Shown: one piece after another, positions 25,639 to 38,285 of the stretch
How the letters are laid out: every line of letters begins with the position of its first letter
Position numbering within the stretch: the stretch's first letter is position 1
Assembly: GCA_052327205.1 (NCBI GenBank)
Contig: CM126202.1
Span: 422,592,001-422,656,000, forward strand
Direction of reading: 5' to 3'
From: Somniosus microcephalus
Taxonomy: Eukaryota
DNA: 64,000 nt
Notes under the pieces: model-generated
The model's database searches: none
The model's input: the letters and a program-made list of their open reading frames with translations, nothing else
What the model was told of the DNA's origin: nothing
Made by a program: the position numbers and the translations under genes

Positions 25639-28600
25639 ATGCCTAAATCTGACAATATTGATGCTTTTGATAGCGAAAGAGAGCCTAATTTTGGCAATAT
25701 TGATGCTTTTGATAACGAGATAGAGGATTGGACCACATATGTGGAAAGAGTGGAGGTATATTGCACCACAAATGGAATACAAGATGAAAAAAAAGCTTCA
25801 GTGCTTCTGGATCTAATGGGCGCAAAGACATACAAGCTGTTACGAAACTTAATCACTCCAGCCAAACCGATGGACAAGAATTTTGAGGAGATTGTTGATA
25901 CCATACACTGCCAATTCGAGGCAGGACTGGCAGATTCTCTGCGAGACAAATTCATCTGCGATCCCCTAAGTGTAGAAATACAAAAAAAGGTATCTTCTGA
26001 GAAAGATTTAACACTGGCCAAAGGCTTTCAGTGCAATAGGAGCTGCAAAGATACAGCAAAGGCCACAGGACTTCGGCACCCATGAAATGACACAGGGTTT
26101 CGAGAGATGTTATCGCTGCGGCAGATCCACCCATGACCAGAGGGACTGCTGGTTCAAGGAAAAAGCATGCAGGCGATGCGGAAAGATGGGACACATTCCA
26201 CGTGTGTGCCGATCTGAAAATAAAAAATCCACTAACAGGAAAAGAATCAATAAGGAAAAGCACAGAAAGGTACAAATGATGACGGACAGTAGCTCCGAAG
26301 ACCAGAAGAGCGATAGCGACTCCGGGAACAAGAGACTAAGCTCTCTCAAATTACATAATGTAATTGCCAAAGAAGATTACCAGACCATTTGGGTTACCCT
26401 CACAATAGCAGGGTCCCCAGTTAAAATGGAGCTAGATACAGGATCAGCTCTGACCGTCATAAATCGACGGGATTATGAGCGGCTATTTCCGCATATACCT
26501 TTAAAAGACACATCCATTATCTTGAAAACATATACGGGGCAGAAAGTATACCCCAAAGGAAAAATAAGGGTGCCCGTTGTATACAATGGCAAGGAAATAC
26601 AGAAGTTGTATTTATACATTCTACAAGATGGTGGTCATAGAGCCATAGAGTCATAGAGTTATACAGCACAGAAAGAGGCCCTTCGGCCCATCGTGTCTGC
26701 GCCGTCCATCAATCCCTGTCCAGTCTAATCCCATTTTCCAGCATTTGGTCCATAGCCTTGTATGCAATGGCATTTCAAGTGCTCATCCAAATGCTTCTTG
26801 AATGTTATGAGGGTTCCTGCCTCTACCACCCTTTCAGGCAGTGAGTTCCAGATTCCAACCACCCTCTGGGTGAAAAAGTTCCTCCTCAAATCCCCTCTAA
26901 ACCTCCTGCCCCTTACCTTGAATCTATGCCCCCTTGTCCACCGCTGTTGGGACGTGAATGGATCAGGAAAATACGTTTAGACTGGCACTCCATTCAGGCA
27001 CTGACGGTGACCAGTAAGGAAAAAAATGATGATGACGTCATACCTGGACGATTAAAAGACATCTTGGCCAACGCCAAGGAAGTGTTTCAAGAGAAACTAG
27101 GAACCTTGAAAGGCATCACCGCCTCAATAAAAGTGGAAGATGCAGCAATTCCCAAGTTTTTTAAGGCAAGACCGGTGCCATACGCAATTCGTCCAGCAGT
27201 CGAGGCAGAGCTGGAGAATTTGGAAAAGGCAGGCGTATTATCTAAAATAGATTGGAGCGAGTGGGCAACACCCATCGTCCCAGTCATGAAGAAAGCATTG
27301 AAGGGTGATGGATCTGAAGAACAGAGAAAAATTCGCATCTGTGGAGACTTCAAGGTGACTGTAAACCCGGTCCTTCACACGGTACAGTATCCTCTTCCGA
27401 GGATAGAAGATATTTTCGCCTCACTATCCGGAGGGAAACGTTCCACCAAAATTGACTTGGCACAGGCATACCTACAGATGGAGGTTGAAGAGGCCTCTAA
27501 AAAATATCTCACGATAAATACACACAAAGGTCTGTACCAGTACAATCGACTGGTTTTCGGAGTAGCATCCGCTCCAGCTATCTGGCAAAGAGCTATGGAG
27601 CAAGTCCTCCAAGGGATTCCGGGGACTCAATGCTACCTAGACGACATCCTTGTAACAGGAGAAAACGACAACGAGCACCTTGCCAATTTAGAGCAGGTGC
27701 TCACTAGGCTGAGAGAACGGGGCCTACGAGCAAATCGCCCCAAGTGCGAATTTTTCCGAAATCAAATATCATATTGTGGCCACATAATAAATAAGGAAGG
27801 GTTGCATAAGTCACCTGAAAAAATTGAAGCAGTCATAAAAGCCCCAGCACCTGAAAATGTTTCACAATTAAGGTCATTCCTGGGATTAATAAATTACTAT
27901 CATAAATTTTTACCGAACTTATCAACTCTTCTACACCCTCTTAATGAACTGCTACAAACAGGAGTAATTTGGAAATGGAACGAAGACTGCAAAAATGCCT
28001 TCCATAAATGCAAAGACTTAATCACATCCAAAGAAGTTTTGGCTCATTACAACCCATCACTGCCAATCAGACTGGCGTGCGATGCATCCCCTTACGGCAT
28101 ATTATCGCATAAATTCCCTGATGGCTCGGAACGGCCGATAGTTTTTGTGTCACGCTCATTGAACTCAGCTGAGCGTAACTATGCCCAAATCGACAGGGAA
28201 GCACTCAGCCTGGTATGGGGAGTAAAGAAATTCAACCATTACCTACACGGACAAAAATTTACCTTGTTGACTGACCATCAACCCCTCATCTCCATATTCA
28301 ACCCTAAAAAAGGTGTTCCCATTATGACAGCACAAAGGCTACAGAGGTGGTCCCTTTTTCTAGGGGTACGCCAATACAACATAGAATACAAAGGGTCAAA
28401 ACAGCATGGGAATGCTGACGGTTTATCGCGCCTACCGTTGCCAACGATAGAAGAGGCACCTACAGTAGACCCAGTAGAGATATTCCACTCTACCATAGTG
28501 GAATGTCTACCAGTGACAAATTCTGCCATTGAAAGGGAGACCAGAAATGACCCGACTCTCTCACGGGTCTACGATTTAACAGTGAAGGTATGGCCAGTAC

Positions 28601-29818
28601 ATGGCGAACCACTGTTGCCAGCATTGTCGCAAAGAAGAGAACAGCTGTCAGTGTGCTGAGGAACCTTGATGTGTGGATCCAGAGTGGTGATTCGACCCAA
28701 ACTCCAGGATAAAGTGCTAAAGGAGCTTCATGAAGGGCATCTGGGTGGAGTGAAAATGAAGAACCTAGCCAGGGCGTTTGTATGGTGGCCAGGTATCGAT
28801 GGAGACATCGAAGAAATGACCAAGAGCTGCCTAGGATGCCAGAAGGTCCAAAACGCTCCACCACAAGCCCCTCTACATCCATGGGAGTGGCCCTCATCTC
28901 CCTGGCAAAGGGTACACATCGACTTTGCTGGTCCATTTATGGACTCAATGTTCTTAATCGCGGTTGATGCACACTCCAAGTGGCCGGAGGTAATAAAGAT
29001 GTCCTCCACCACCACGGAAAAAACCATCACAGTATTAAGGACCATATTTGCCAGGAATGGGCTACCAGAACAGATCTGTTCTGATAATGGACCGCAATTT
29101 GTGTCCGAAGAATTCAGAAAGTTCTTAAAAAAACAATGGGGTTAAGCACTACACGTCCGCCCCATACCATCCCGCCACCAATGGATTGGCTGAAAGGTTT
29201 GTCCAGACCTTCAAGAAGGCCATAAAGGCCATGGGTAATAAAGACATAAAACTTCAGCACAAGGTGGATAACTTCTTATTCTCATACAGGAATGCAACAC
29301 ATATGGTTACCAACCAAACTCCCGCCATGATGTTCTTCAATAGAAACCTAAGATGCCGGCTGGATTTGGTCAAGCCCAACATCAGAAGGGACGTGGAGAA
29401 CCGGCAGTTTCAAGGCATGAATGAAAGGCCAACTAGAACCTTCCAGATAGGTCAACAAGTTTTGGCCCGGGACTACCGTACCGAGAAATGGCAGCCTGGA
29501 ACTATCTGCACATGACTAGGACCACTGATGTATACCGTGGACATCGGAGAAAGCATAATAAGGCGCTATGCTGACCAAATCATAAAGTCATCCGAAAAGG
29601 GACAACCTACACCACCACTCTATACATCTAACGATGAAGTAGAGATACCCATATCTACCTCCGATCCGGTGATACTGGAACCCGATGAACCCGACACTGG
29701 CATTCAAACCGAATCAGCCTTGCCAGAAGAACCTACTACACCACCAGAAACTACTACACCCCTGAGGCGTTATCCAGACCGAGTCAGGAAGCCTCCTGAG
29801 AGACTAACTTATAATTAA
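25639..29818 (+). pseudogene. Gypsy gag-pol (Gag, 2 zinc knuckles, PR, RT, RNase H, IN), disrupted
   Basis: LDTGS, YLDD, DAS, HHCC and DNGPQF motifs; gag deletions, a CR1 insertion, stops at 28659 and 29515, and a frameshift near 29135. Confidence 0.93.
26637..26935 (-). mobile_element. CR1 3' fragment inserted in the Gypsy protease region
   Basis: Splits DGG|PPLLGREW; (CATAGAGT)n tail on the plus strand; GTC repeated at both junctions. Confidence 0.9.
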
Positions 29819-30199
29819 TTAATTACAGCAATGTATATTATTTTGCATATAACATGTAATTAATAATTACTTAAAATATGATGTACTGGTTAGCTAAAAG
29901 GGGAGGAATTGTGGTGTATGTGCCTTTAAGAGACCCAGGTGTGCGTAATGCCGGTAATTGCCACTTGGGCTATATAAGCCTGTGTATTGTGTATATTCTT
30001 TAGAAACCCCCCCCCCCCAGACTTTGCTTAGTAAATACCTATGAACCAACTCCTGTCTTCAGTGTCTTTGTCAACACACGGACACTACAGAGTCGGGAAC
30101 CAGGCCGGGGGGGTGGTCCCGCACACCAGTTTTTGCGATTTTAACCCCCCGCACGCCTCCAATCCCGCCTCCATGGCTCAATAAAAATTGAGCCCTAAG

Positions 30200-30500
30200 T
30201 GTTAGCATGCTGCTCATTTGAGGAGAACCTCACAGATGAGCCTGATCCTGTCCTCACCCTGATATCCACACCCATGTGCTTCCATCAGAGGTAACTGAAT
30301 AGCGATCAGGAGCAGGAACCCAAGATAAATTTCACCTTCTCAAGCCATGGGGCAAGGGGACCCTGGGGGAATTGTGGGAGCCCTTCCTCCACTCTGGCAG
30401 GGGTAAGCTAATTCAGCACAGCCTGTGGATTGAATTTGAGATCTTCGTAACTCAGGGACCACAATGTCACTTTTCCAACCGGCTGATCACTACCACTGGT
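30200..30500 (-). mobile_element. Old SINE-like repeat; related degraded copies at ~48290-48520 (+) and ~57760-58070 (+)
   Basis: Shared degraded motifs TGTGCTGAGTTAGCTGATCTCAGCC and GAGGACAGGATCAGGC. Family not assigned. Confidence 0.5.
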
Positions 30501-30517
30501 GAAATGCAGGTGAGTGA

Positions 30518-33500
30518 TGAAATAAAGAATAGATTTGCCTTTCTAATCTAGGCTTTATTAACTTAAAAATCCTGTAGCACATCTTCAACACCCAGTCCCA
30601 ACTAAAGGCTGGAAAGAACTGAATTTAAGATGGCCACCACAAATCACATGACATCAACTACCAATGAGATTACAACATATATCCCAAGGCAGGAAACAAA
30701 CAACCAATCACAATACTTCTTACTAAACATAAAGAATAATCACCACATTCACCCCTCCTTTTAAAATATACTCCAACCTAAATAACCTTTACAATTTATA
30801 ATTAATTATTTACAACTAAAACTATGCACAGACAAAAAAAAACTATTCAACATGACACAATACTAAGTGAGCAACAACAAATAGTAACATTGCACATAAG
30901 TATTAAATATCTCTCAACTAAAACAATATAATATAATATTTCAACAATTTTAAAACATTACTATCAATTTAAAAGTCCATTTTCAATCGGTCGACCGGAT
31001 ATCTTCTCGTGTCGACCTTCTTAACCTTGGTGAAATTTCTTGCCCTCCCACACCAGGAGACACAGAAGTATCTTCTGCAGGAAGGCTATCCATATCCCGA
31101 TTTTCAACGGTTTCCGGATTAGAAATCCCATCAGGAGGTAAACTGGGACGGTCATGAACATCCATCGAGGGCTGACTAATAGAAGTATAATTATCTGCAG
31201 TCGGATTGGAAATATTCGTAGTATCTGTAACAGCATCCACATTATCTGAATCATGACTATTATTAATATCCTCAGAAGAGGGCTGGCCACCACAAGGAGC
31301 CAAGTCTTTAATTGAAACGGTACTTTCTTTCCCATCTTGGAATCGAATATGAGCATATTGGGAATTTGCCTCCAACAGCTCCACCTCCTCCACTAAAGGA
31401 TCATATTTTGACAATCTAACATGGCGTCGAAGCAGCACAGGTCCCTGCATAGTAAGCCATGAAGGTACCGAATATCCCGTAGTAGATCTCCGCGGATAGT
31501 TAAAGAGCCTTTCATGGGGGGTCACATTAGTAGCCGTTGAAAGCAATGATCTAATGGAATGCAGGGCATCAGGCAGTACCATTTCCCACTGTGTATTCTT
31601 AAGGTTCCGGGATGTCAAAGCCAACATAACTGCCTTCCAGATCACCCCATTGTATCATTCGCACTGTCCATTACCCTGGGGATTATACGGGGTAGTTCTG
31701 CTAGTAGAAATTCCCCGACTCTGAAGGTATTCCTTCAACTGGGAAGACATAAAAGAACTTCCCTGATCCGAATGGATATACGCAGGCATCCCAAAGATGA
31801 CAAAAAGTTGAGTCAGACATTTGATAACTGTAGCAGCTGATACATCTGCGCAAGGAAAAGCAAAAGGGAACCTTGAAAATTCATCCACAACAGTAAATAT
31901 ATATCGGTTTTGAGTAGTTGAAGGAAGAGGCCCCTTAAAATCGACGCTCAAACGTTCAAAAGGAGAAGTAGCCTTTATAAGATGAGCTCGTTGAGGCTTA
32001 AAGAAATTCGGTTTACACCGAGCACAGATAGAACATGATGAAGTCATCCGCTTGACGTCTTCAACTGAAAAGGGCAAATTCTTACTGCGTACGAAGTGTA
32101 TCATCCTCGTAACCCCAGGATGGCATAAGGCATTGTGAAAATTAATAAGTGTATCTCCGTGAATCACAGAACAATAAGCCCTCGACAGCGCATCAGCAGC
32201 AACATTATCCTTCCCCGGACGATAAACTATATCAAAATGGTAACATGCCAACTCAATCCTCCACCTCATTATTTTATCATTCTTAATCTTTCCAAAATGT
32301 TTGACATCAAACATAAAGGACACAGACTTTTGATCAGTTACCAGCATAAAATGTCGCCCCAATAAATAATGTCTCCATTTACGCAGTGCTTCTACTATTG
32401 CATATGCCTCTTTCTCTATTGAAGAATGCCTTTTTTCACTATTGTTCAAGGTACGTGAAAAAAAGGCCACAGGTCTTCCATTTTGGTTCAGAGTAGCCCC
32501 AATTGCAAAATCAGAAGCGTCCGTCTCAATCACAAAAGGAACCTGCTCATCAATAGAATGCACAACTGCTCCAAGGATATCCTTTTTAAAATTATCAAAA
32601 CACGTCCTGGCCTCCCATGATAGAGGATATGTCGTAACCCGAATAAGAGGCCAGATCTTCTGTGAAAAATTTGCAATCCAATTAGAATAGTAAGAAAACA
32701 GTCCAACAACTCGTTGCAAAGCCTTAGAATTAGTAGGACAGGGTAAATCAATCAATGGTCGCAGACGTTCTGGGTCTGGTTTAATCTTGTTTCCCGAGAT
32801 AATATACCCCAGTAGATTTACCTCAGCGGTCGAAAAGGTACACTTCTCTTTATTGAAAGTTAAACTAACTTTTTCCGTAGCTTGAAGGAATCTTTCTAAA
32901 TTAGAATCATGCTCCACCCTTGATTTGCCACACACCGTGATGTCATCTAAGTATGAAAAGGTGTCAGAGAGAGAGTTATCACTTATAAAAGCATCCATTG
33001 CCCGTTGAAAACAAGCAACACCATTAGTAACACCAAATGGTATTCGGCAAAACTGATACAGCTTTCCACCAGCCTCAAAGGCCGTATATGGTTGATCCTT
33101 CTTAACAATAGGAATCTGATGATAAGCACTCTTTAGGTCAATAGTGCTAAAAACCTTATACTGAGATACTTTATTGATAAGCTCATCAATTTTAGGCAAA
33201 GGGTACGCATCTAATTGAGTATACCTATTAATAGTTTGGGAATAGTCTATCACCATTCGTTTCTTATGTCTCTCGTTAGTCGTGACAACTACCTGTGCCC
33301 GCCAAGGCGAACAACTAGGTTCAATGATTCCTTCCAATAAGAGACGTTGAACTTCAGAATTAATAAATTCTCTATCCTGACTGCTATACCTTCTTGACTT
33401 GGTAGCAATTGGCTTACAATCCGGCATCAAATTGGAAAAAAGTGATAATGGAGAAATGGATAAAGAGGTTAATCCACAAATAGATAAAGGTGGCTTAGTC

Positions 33501-34923
33501 CCTCCAAATGAAAGATTGAGAGACTCGTGTAACTGAAGCACATCATGACCAATCAAAATATCCACACAGAGATTAGGCAAAACAGATAGGCGTATATCAG
33601 TATACGTATTACCTAGAAGAATCAATTTCACAAGGCAACAGCCAGCTACTTGTGAAGTGAGAGTCGTCTGAGCCATACACACCTGATAGGAAACAGGCGA
33701 AATTTTCAAATGCTTCTCCTTTGCAAACTGAAGACTTATAAAACTCTCGGTACTGCCCGTATCTATAAGGGCCTTCACTTCCAACCCATTAACTTGGGCC
33801 GTAACTATAGCTTTGTTTAGCTCATGAGCAAATGCAGCAGAAATTGATGCAATAAACGCCCTATCTATAGGCTGAATAGTCACAGAGGAGGTAATTGAAC
33901 CTGATGATTTACACACACGTGCGTAATGACCTCTCTTGCCGCATTTACTACACACAGCCTCCCAAGCAGGACACTTCAGACGAGGGTGCTGGACGTTCCC
34001 ACAAAAATAACACTTCTGAATCCTAGAGGCAACAGCCGCTGAAGTAGAAACTGTTTCAGAATCTAGTAAACCACTCCTATTAAGTCCACATAATTCCTTT
34101 TCATCCGGAACTGCCAAAACCACAGTCACAGGCCGATTAAAAAGAGCATAAGAATCCGAACTTCTCTGAGCCACATCCAATGTAGAAGCTTGCTCAAAAG
34201 CACTCTTAAGATCCAAAGTCTTATTTTCTAACAACCGCTGACGAATTGATCTAGACAGTAATCCATTAATAAAAGCATCCCGTACCGATTCTTCCTTATA
34301 TTCTTCAGCCATCACGGCCTTATAATTACAGTTAACACTAAGGCACCGAAGTGCTTGTAAATAAGTATCCAAAGATTCTCCCACCTGCTGCCTATGGGCA
34401 GATAGAAGGTGACGTGCAAATACCTCATTCTTTGGTTTAACAAAAATCTTTTCCAATGTAGAAATAGCCACTTCATAAGTTTTACAGTCCAAAATATACT
34501 TATCCACATCCGGAGCAATGTAGTTGATCAGCATATTCAGCTTATTTAGAGACTCTTGATCCAACACGCCCAAAAAGTTTTTAAATGTACAATACCAGTG
34601 TTTCCATTTATCATCCACTCCTGCAGAATTAGGGTCAGCATTGAATCGTTCTGGTTGAAGATATCGCTCCATTCTGACATAAAGTTAATAAATTGAAATA
34701 AAGAATAGATTTGCCTTTCTAATCTAGGCTTTATTAACTTAAAAATCCTGTAGCACATCTTCAACACCCAGTCCCAACTAAAGGCTGGAAAGAACTGAAT
34801 TTAAGATGGCCACCACAAATCACATGACATCAACTACCAATGAGATTACAACATATATCCCAAGGCAGGAAACAAACAACCAATCACAATACTTCTTACT
34901 AAACATAAAGAATAATCACCACA
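30518..34923 (-). mobile_element. Full-length young Gypsy/Ty3 LTR retrotransposon; LTRs 34694-34923 (5') and 30518-30747 (3')
   Basis: 230-bp LTRs identical by eye; 5-bp TSD AGTGA; PPT AAAAGGAGGGG; no tRNA-type PBS. Confidence 0.97.
30983..34672 (-). pseudogene. Single-frame gag-pol polyprotein with one nonsense codon (31655-31657) in integrase
   Basis: Two CCHC knuckles, LIDTGS, YLDD, TDAS, HHCC and DDE motifs. ORFs 31655-34672 and 30983-31645 are in frame (GQCE*YNG). Confidence 0.93.
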
Positions 34924-35165
34924 AGTGAATAGCAGGAAATTGGAGGGTATGATTTCCTTCCAGTCCCCGATAAAACTTGCCCCACAATTATTTCTGTATA
35001 GGCAGAATGCTTGAATAAATCTGAATGGAAGCCTAATTATTTATGCATCCAGTATGCTAATGAGGGCCTTTAGTAGGAGTTGACATTTCTGCCATTGAGG
35101 CAATTGTTTCAAAGCCTAATTAAAAGGGATAACAGGGACAAAGTTTGTCATTTTTTTAAGACTTT

Positions 35166-35872
35166 GTGGGAGAAATTCATTATAGCCCCGTTTAGGGTGC
35201 TAACTTTTAAAAGTTGAAAAAATTAGCACCAGGCGCTAATGTTTCTCAACTTTAAAAAAATTGGTTTTGTGCTCCAGGAAGGAAGTGGAGCGCTAAATCA
35301 AGCGCTCCACTTCCTTCCTGGAGCACAACAGGCAGCAGGCGGGGCGGTAGGTGTTGGAAGGCTCCTTCCCTCCCTTAAAGGGAAGGGCCATCGCTGCAAG
35401 CTCTGCAAGGGGAAAACTTAGCTGATCCCCGACGGCAGCCGCGATCTGGCCCGATCAACGGCAGCAGAGTGCCGGGCTGATCGAGCACTGGGGAAAAAAG
35501 AAAAAAAAACAGAGGAGCATTTGATTATTTTTTTCCCTACCTCAGCCACCTTGCCTTTAAGTATCGCCCCCGAAGCGCCCGGCCTCCCGATGAACGCCTC
35601 TTGCAGCTGCCAGTGTTTTCGCCCGGCGATGCTGCAGGGGGCGGAACCGAAGTTCGGGTCCGGGGCGCAACCAGGACGATGCGCACGGCGATGACGTCAC
35701 GATCTCCGGGTGAAGGAGATTGGGGCGCAATGCCATACCGCTGCCGCATACCTCCCGCCGAATTTCGGCAGAGGCAATATTCTCGCCGCGCCCATGTGGT
35801 AAGTGGTTAGCGTCTCATTATCGCCCCCCGGAGGCGATAACGGGAGGCACAAAGGTACCCAATTTCTCTCCC
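35166..35872. mobile_element. Harbinger-type MITE
   Basis: Imperfect 12-bp TIR GTGGGAGAAATT / AATTTCTCTCCC flanked by TTT / TTT; related to 40734-41783. Confidence 0.8.
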
Positions 35873-36414
35873 TTTGTATTTTTCAGCTAATGTTTAAGGC
35901 ATCTTTGTTCATTTTTAAACTAATTCTTCAAGTATACATTTTTGCAGCTAATGTTTTGTCCATTAACATAATAATTTATTTACATTTCAGCTAACATTTG
36001 GAATATTGATGTATACTTTCCAGCTAATGCTTAATTTACTTTTTCTGTGCTTTAAAGATCAAACCAGAGGGAGATGTTTATTTAATGTAAGAAACAGAAT
36101 CATTGTTTGAATCAATATCACACAAAAACTGGGCTGGATTCTCCTCTTCAGGGCAGACTTCAGCACGGCAGGACTTCTGCCCATCCCTCAGAAACTGCCC
36201 CAACTGTGACCCATTTCCCTAGGTCGGGGGTCAATTTTGATGCACAGCGGGCTCCTGGCAGGGCTCCCGCCACCAAGAGGAAGCCCACCGTGACCCACCT
36301 CAAAATCTCAGTGGTTCTGGCAAGAGGCAACTGGACATTCAAAGGAACAGAAGACCCCTAATGATCAGGACATTAGCAGCCTTGTGAGCCTCAGCAATGA
36401 CTCCACAGGTTCTG

Positions 36415-36575
36415 GGTCAATAACTTTCAAAAGGGAATTGGATATATACAGGAAAAGGAAAAATTTGAAGGGCTATGGGGAGTGGGACCAATTAGATAGC
36501 TCTTTCAAAGAGCCAGCGCAGGCACAATGGACTGAATATTCTCCTTCTGTACTGTATAATTCTATGATTCTATGA
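36415..36575 (+). mobile_element. CR1 3' end fragment
   Basis: FKRELDIY...KGYGEWD peptide and a TTCTATGA tail. Confidence 0.8.
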
Positions 36576-36760
36576 ATATGGAGCGACTTGTACTGTAGAT
36601 ACAACATAGTCAGCGGCAGGCAAGGTTACTTAACGTTTTAGCCTCTGCTTCTTTCCATTCCAGCATCGGGATCTTCTGCACTATCAGCCAATGTGCTACC
36701 CACAGCTGTAAAGAACAGATGTAAAGGCACTATAATTTAAATGGTACTATTTTGAGGGGG

Positions 36761-36852
36761 CTCACCACCACCTTCTCAAGGGCAATTAGGGAAGGGCAAT
36801 AAATGCTGGCCTTGCCAGCGACGCCCACATCCTATGAATGAATGAAAAAAAA
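36761..36852 (+). mobile_element. Short 3' end of the poly(A)-tailed LINE family
   Basis: CTCACCACCACCTTCTCAAGGGCAATTAGGG...AATAAATGCTGGCC plus an A tail, as at 47878-47969. Confidence 0.8.
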
Positions 36853-37204
36853 TTACCGATGCACGTGTCAGCATAGCCCGCTATTTCATCACATTAGCTA
36901 CTGACTAGCACCAGGAGCACGTCACAGCTGCTCAATGTCACTGCACTGCTGCACTTCCCAAAGTACAGGAGGACAGCAGTAAATGCGCAACAGGCTCCAT
37001 GGCAACATTTTGCGGCATGCATAATTGGGCCATGTATTTGGTAAATGATACCATTTGCTAGGCTTATCATGGCTGATTCCTGTTGGTGTGCCATCTCCTT
37101 CTGCTTTTATTTCCAGGTCTTGTGGATTGTGCACACAATGATGAGCCTTGCCCCTACCTCGTGGTACCTCATGCTGCACTGCAAATTTCCTCATGCCCAT
37201 GTCA

Positions 37205-37542
37205 CTTTTTCAAAATTCAATCTCGGGATGTGGGAGTCGCTGGCAAGGCCAGCATTTATTGCCCTTGAGAAGGTGGTGGTGAACCTTCTTCTTGAACCGC
37301 TGCAGTCCGAGCAGTGAAGGTACCCCCACAGTGCTGTTGGGGAGGGAGTTCCAGGATTTTGACTCAGCAACAATGAAGGAACACCGATATATGTCCATGT
37401 CACGATGGTGTGTGACTTGGAGGTGATGGTGTTTCCATACACCCATCGTCCTTTCCCTTCCAGGTAGTGGCGGTCGTGGGTTTGGGAGGTGCTGCTGAAG
37501 AAGCCTTTGCGAGCTGCATCATGTAGATAGTACATGCTGCAG
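37205..37542 (-). mobile_element. 3' fragment of the poly(A)-tailed LINE family
   Basis: Reverse-complement match to 43020-43213 plus 47795-47960. Confidence 0.85.
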
Positions 37543-37554
37543 TCGCACGTAGGG

Positions 37555-37688
37555 CAATGGTCCCTCTAAGGTGCGCGGCTGCAATCACAATGTCCCGCGC
37601 AGGCCGCTCACAAGCACTGCCGCTGGAAGAGATACGGTGCAGCAAATTTAAAGGGCCCGCACAGGGGAAAAAATTAGAGGGAATATTG
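37555..37688. mobile_element. 134-bp hAT MITE
   Basis: TIR CAATGGTCCCTCTAA / TTAGAGGGAATATTG and a perfect 8-bp TSD ACGTAGGG. Confidence 0.92.
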
Positions 37689-37745
37689 ACGTAGGGCTGC
37701 ATGACTTAGATATGGGCAATAGCTGTTGCATGTTGTTTAGTGGTA

Positions 37746-38285
37746 TAGGAAACTCTTTGGTATCCGGCACCGACAGGACCAGTGTGTTGCCGATTGATCA
37801 AAAATTCCGGATGACGGAGAGGGTTATCTACCGAGGCTATTTTTAACAAAGAAAAATAAAAAAATCAAGAAATGTGCAGTATACGGTAATTGGGTACTCA
37901 CCTACAGAATATTGTGTTAAATGGATGGTGGAAGATGCTTGATTAAGTACAGTACTGCCAATTGAGGGTAATGCAATGCAGTGACTACCAGCAGCGTGGG
38001 AGACACACAGTACCCCTGTAAAATGGCGGATCAGAAGAAACTACCAGCAGTGCGGGAGAGTCAGACTCCTGTTACAGGGGTATTGAGGTGTTCGGATTTC
38101 CGAAAGCACCAAGAAGCCGAGTAGTGGCAGTTTGGAGAACTATCCCCACTGACTAACTCGGCCACCACGGGAGACTCGGACTCTGCAACATTGCCGGTTA
38201 TTGAGGTGTTGTTTTCGGAGTGAGAATTTTGCCGGTTAATAGAGAATTCCAGATATTTAGGTGCCATTTAAACAAGAGTTTCCTG
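37746..38285. mobile_element. Non-autonomous Tc1/mariner (pogo/Tigger-like) element
   Basis: TIR TAGGAAACTCTT / AAGAGTTTCCTG with TA on both sides and subterminal CCGGA-type repeats. Confidence 0.78.

Larger units (their letters stand above)
25013..30089 (+). mobile_element. Full-length Gypsy/Ty3 LTR retrotransposon (Mag-like); LTRs 25013-25189 and 29910-30089
   Basis: 5-bp TSD GAGTC; TG...CA LTRs differing by about 4 substitutions and poly-C length; tRNA-type PBS TGGCGACGA at 25191; PPT AAAAGGGGAGGA. Confidence 0.97.
20833..30195. mobile_element. Near-complete Harbinger/PIF transposon (~4.3 kb without the nested Gypsy)
   Basis: Imperfect TIRs GGGCAGGATTTT / AAAATTGAGCCC flanked by TTA / TAA; convergent Myb/SANT and DDE transposase genes. 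Confidence 0.88.
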
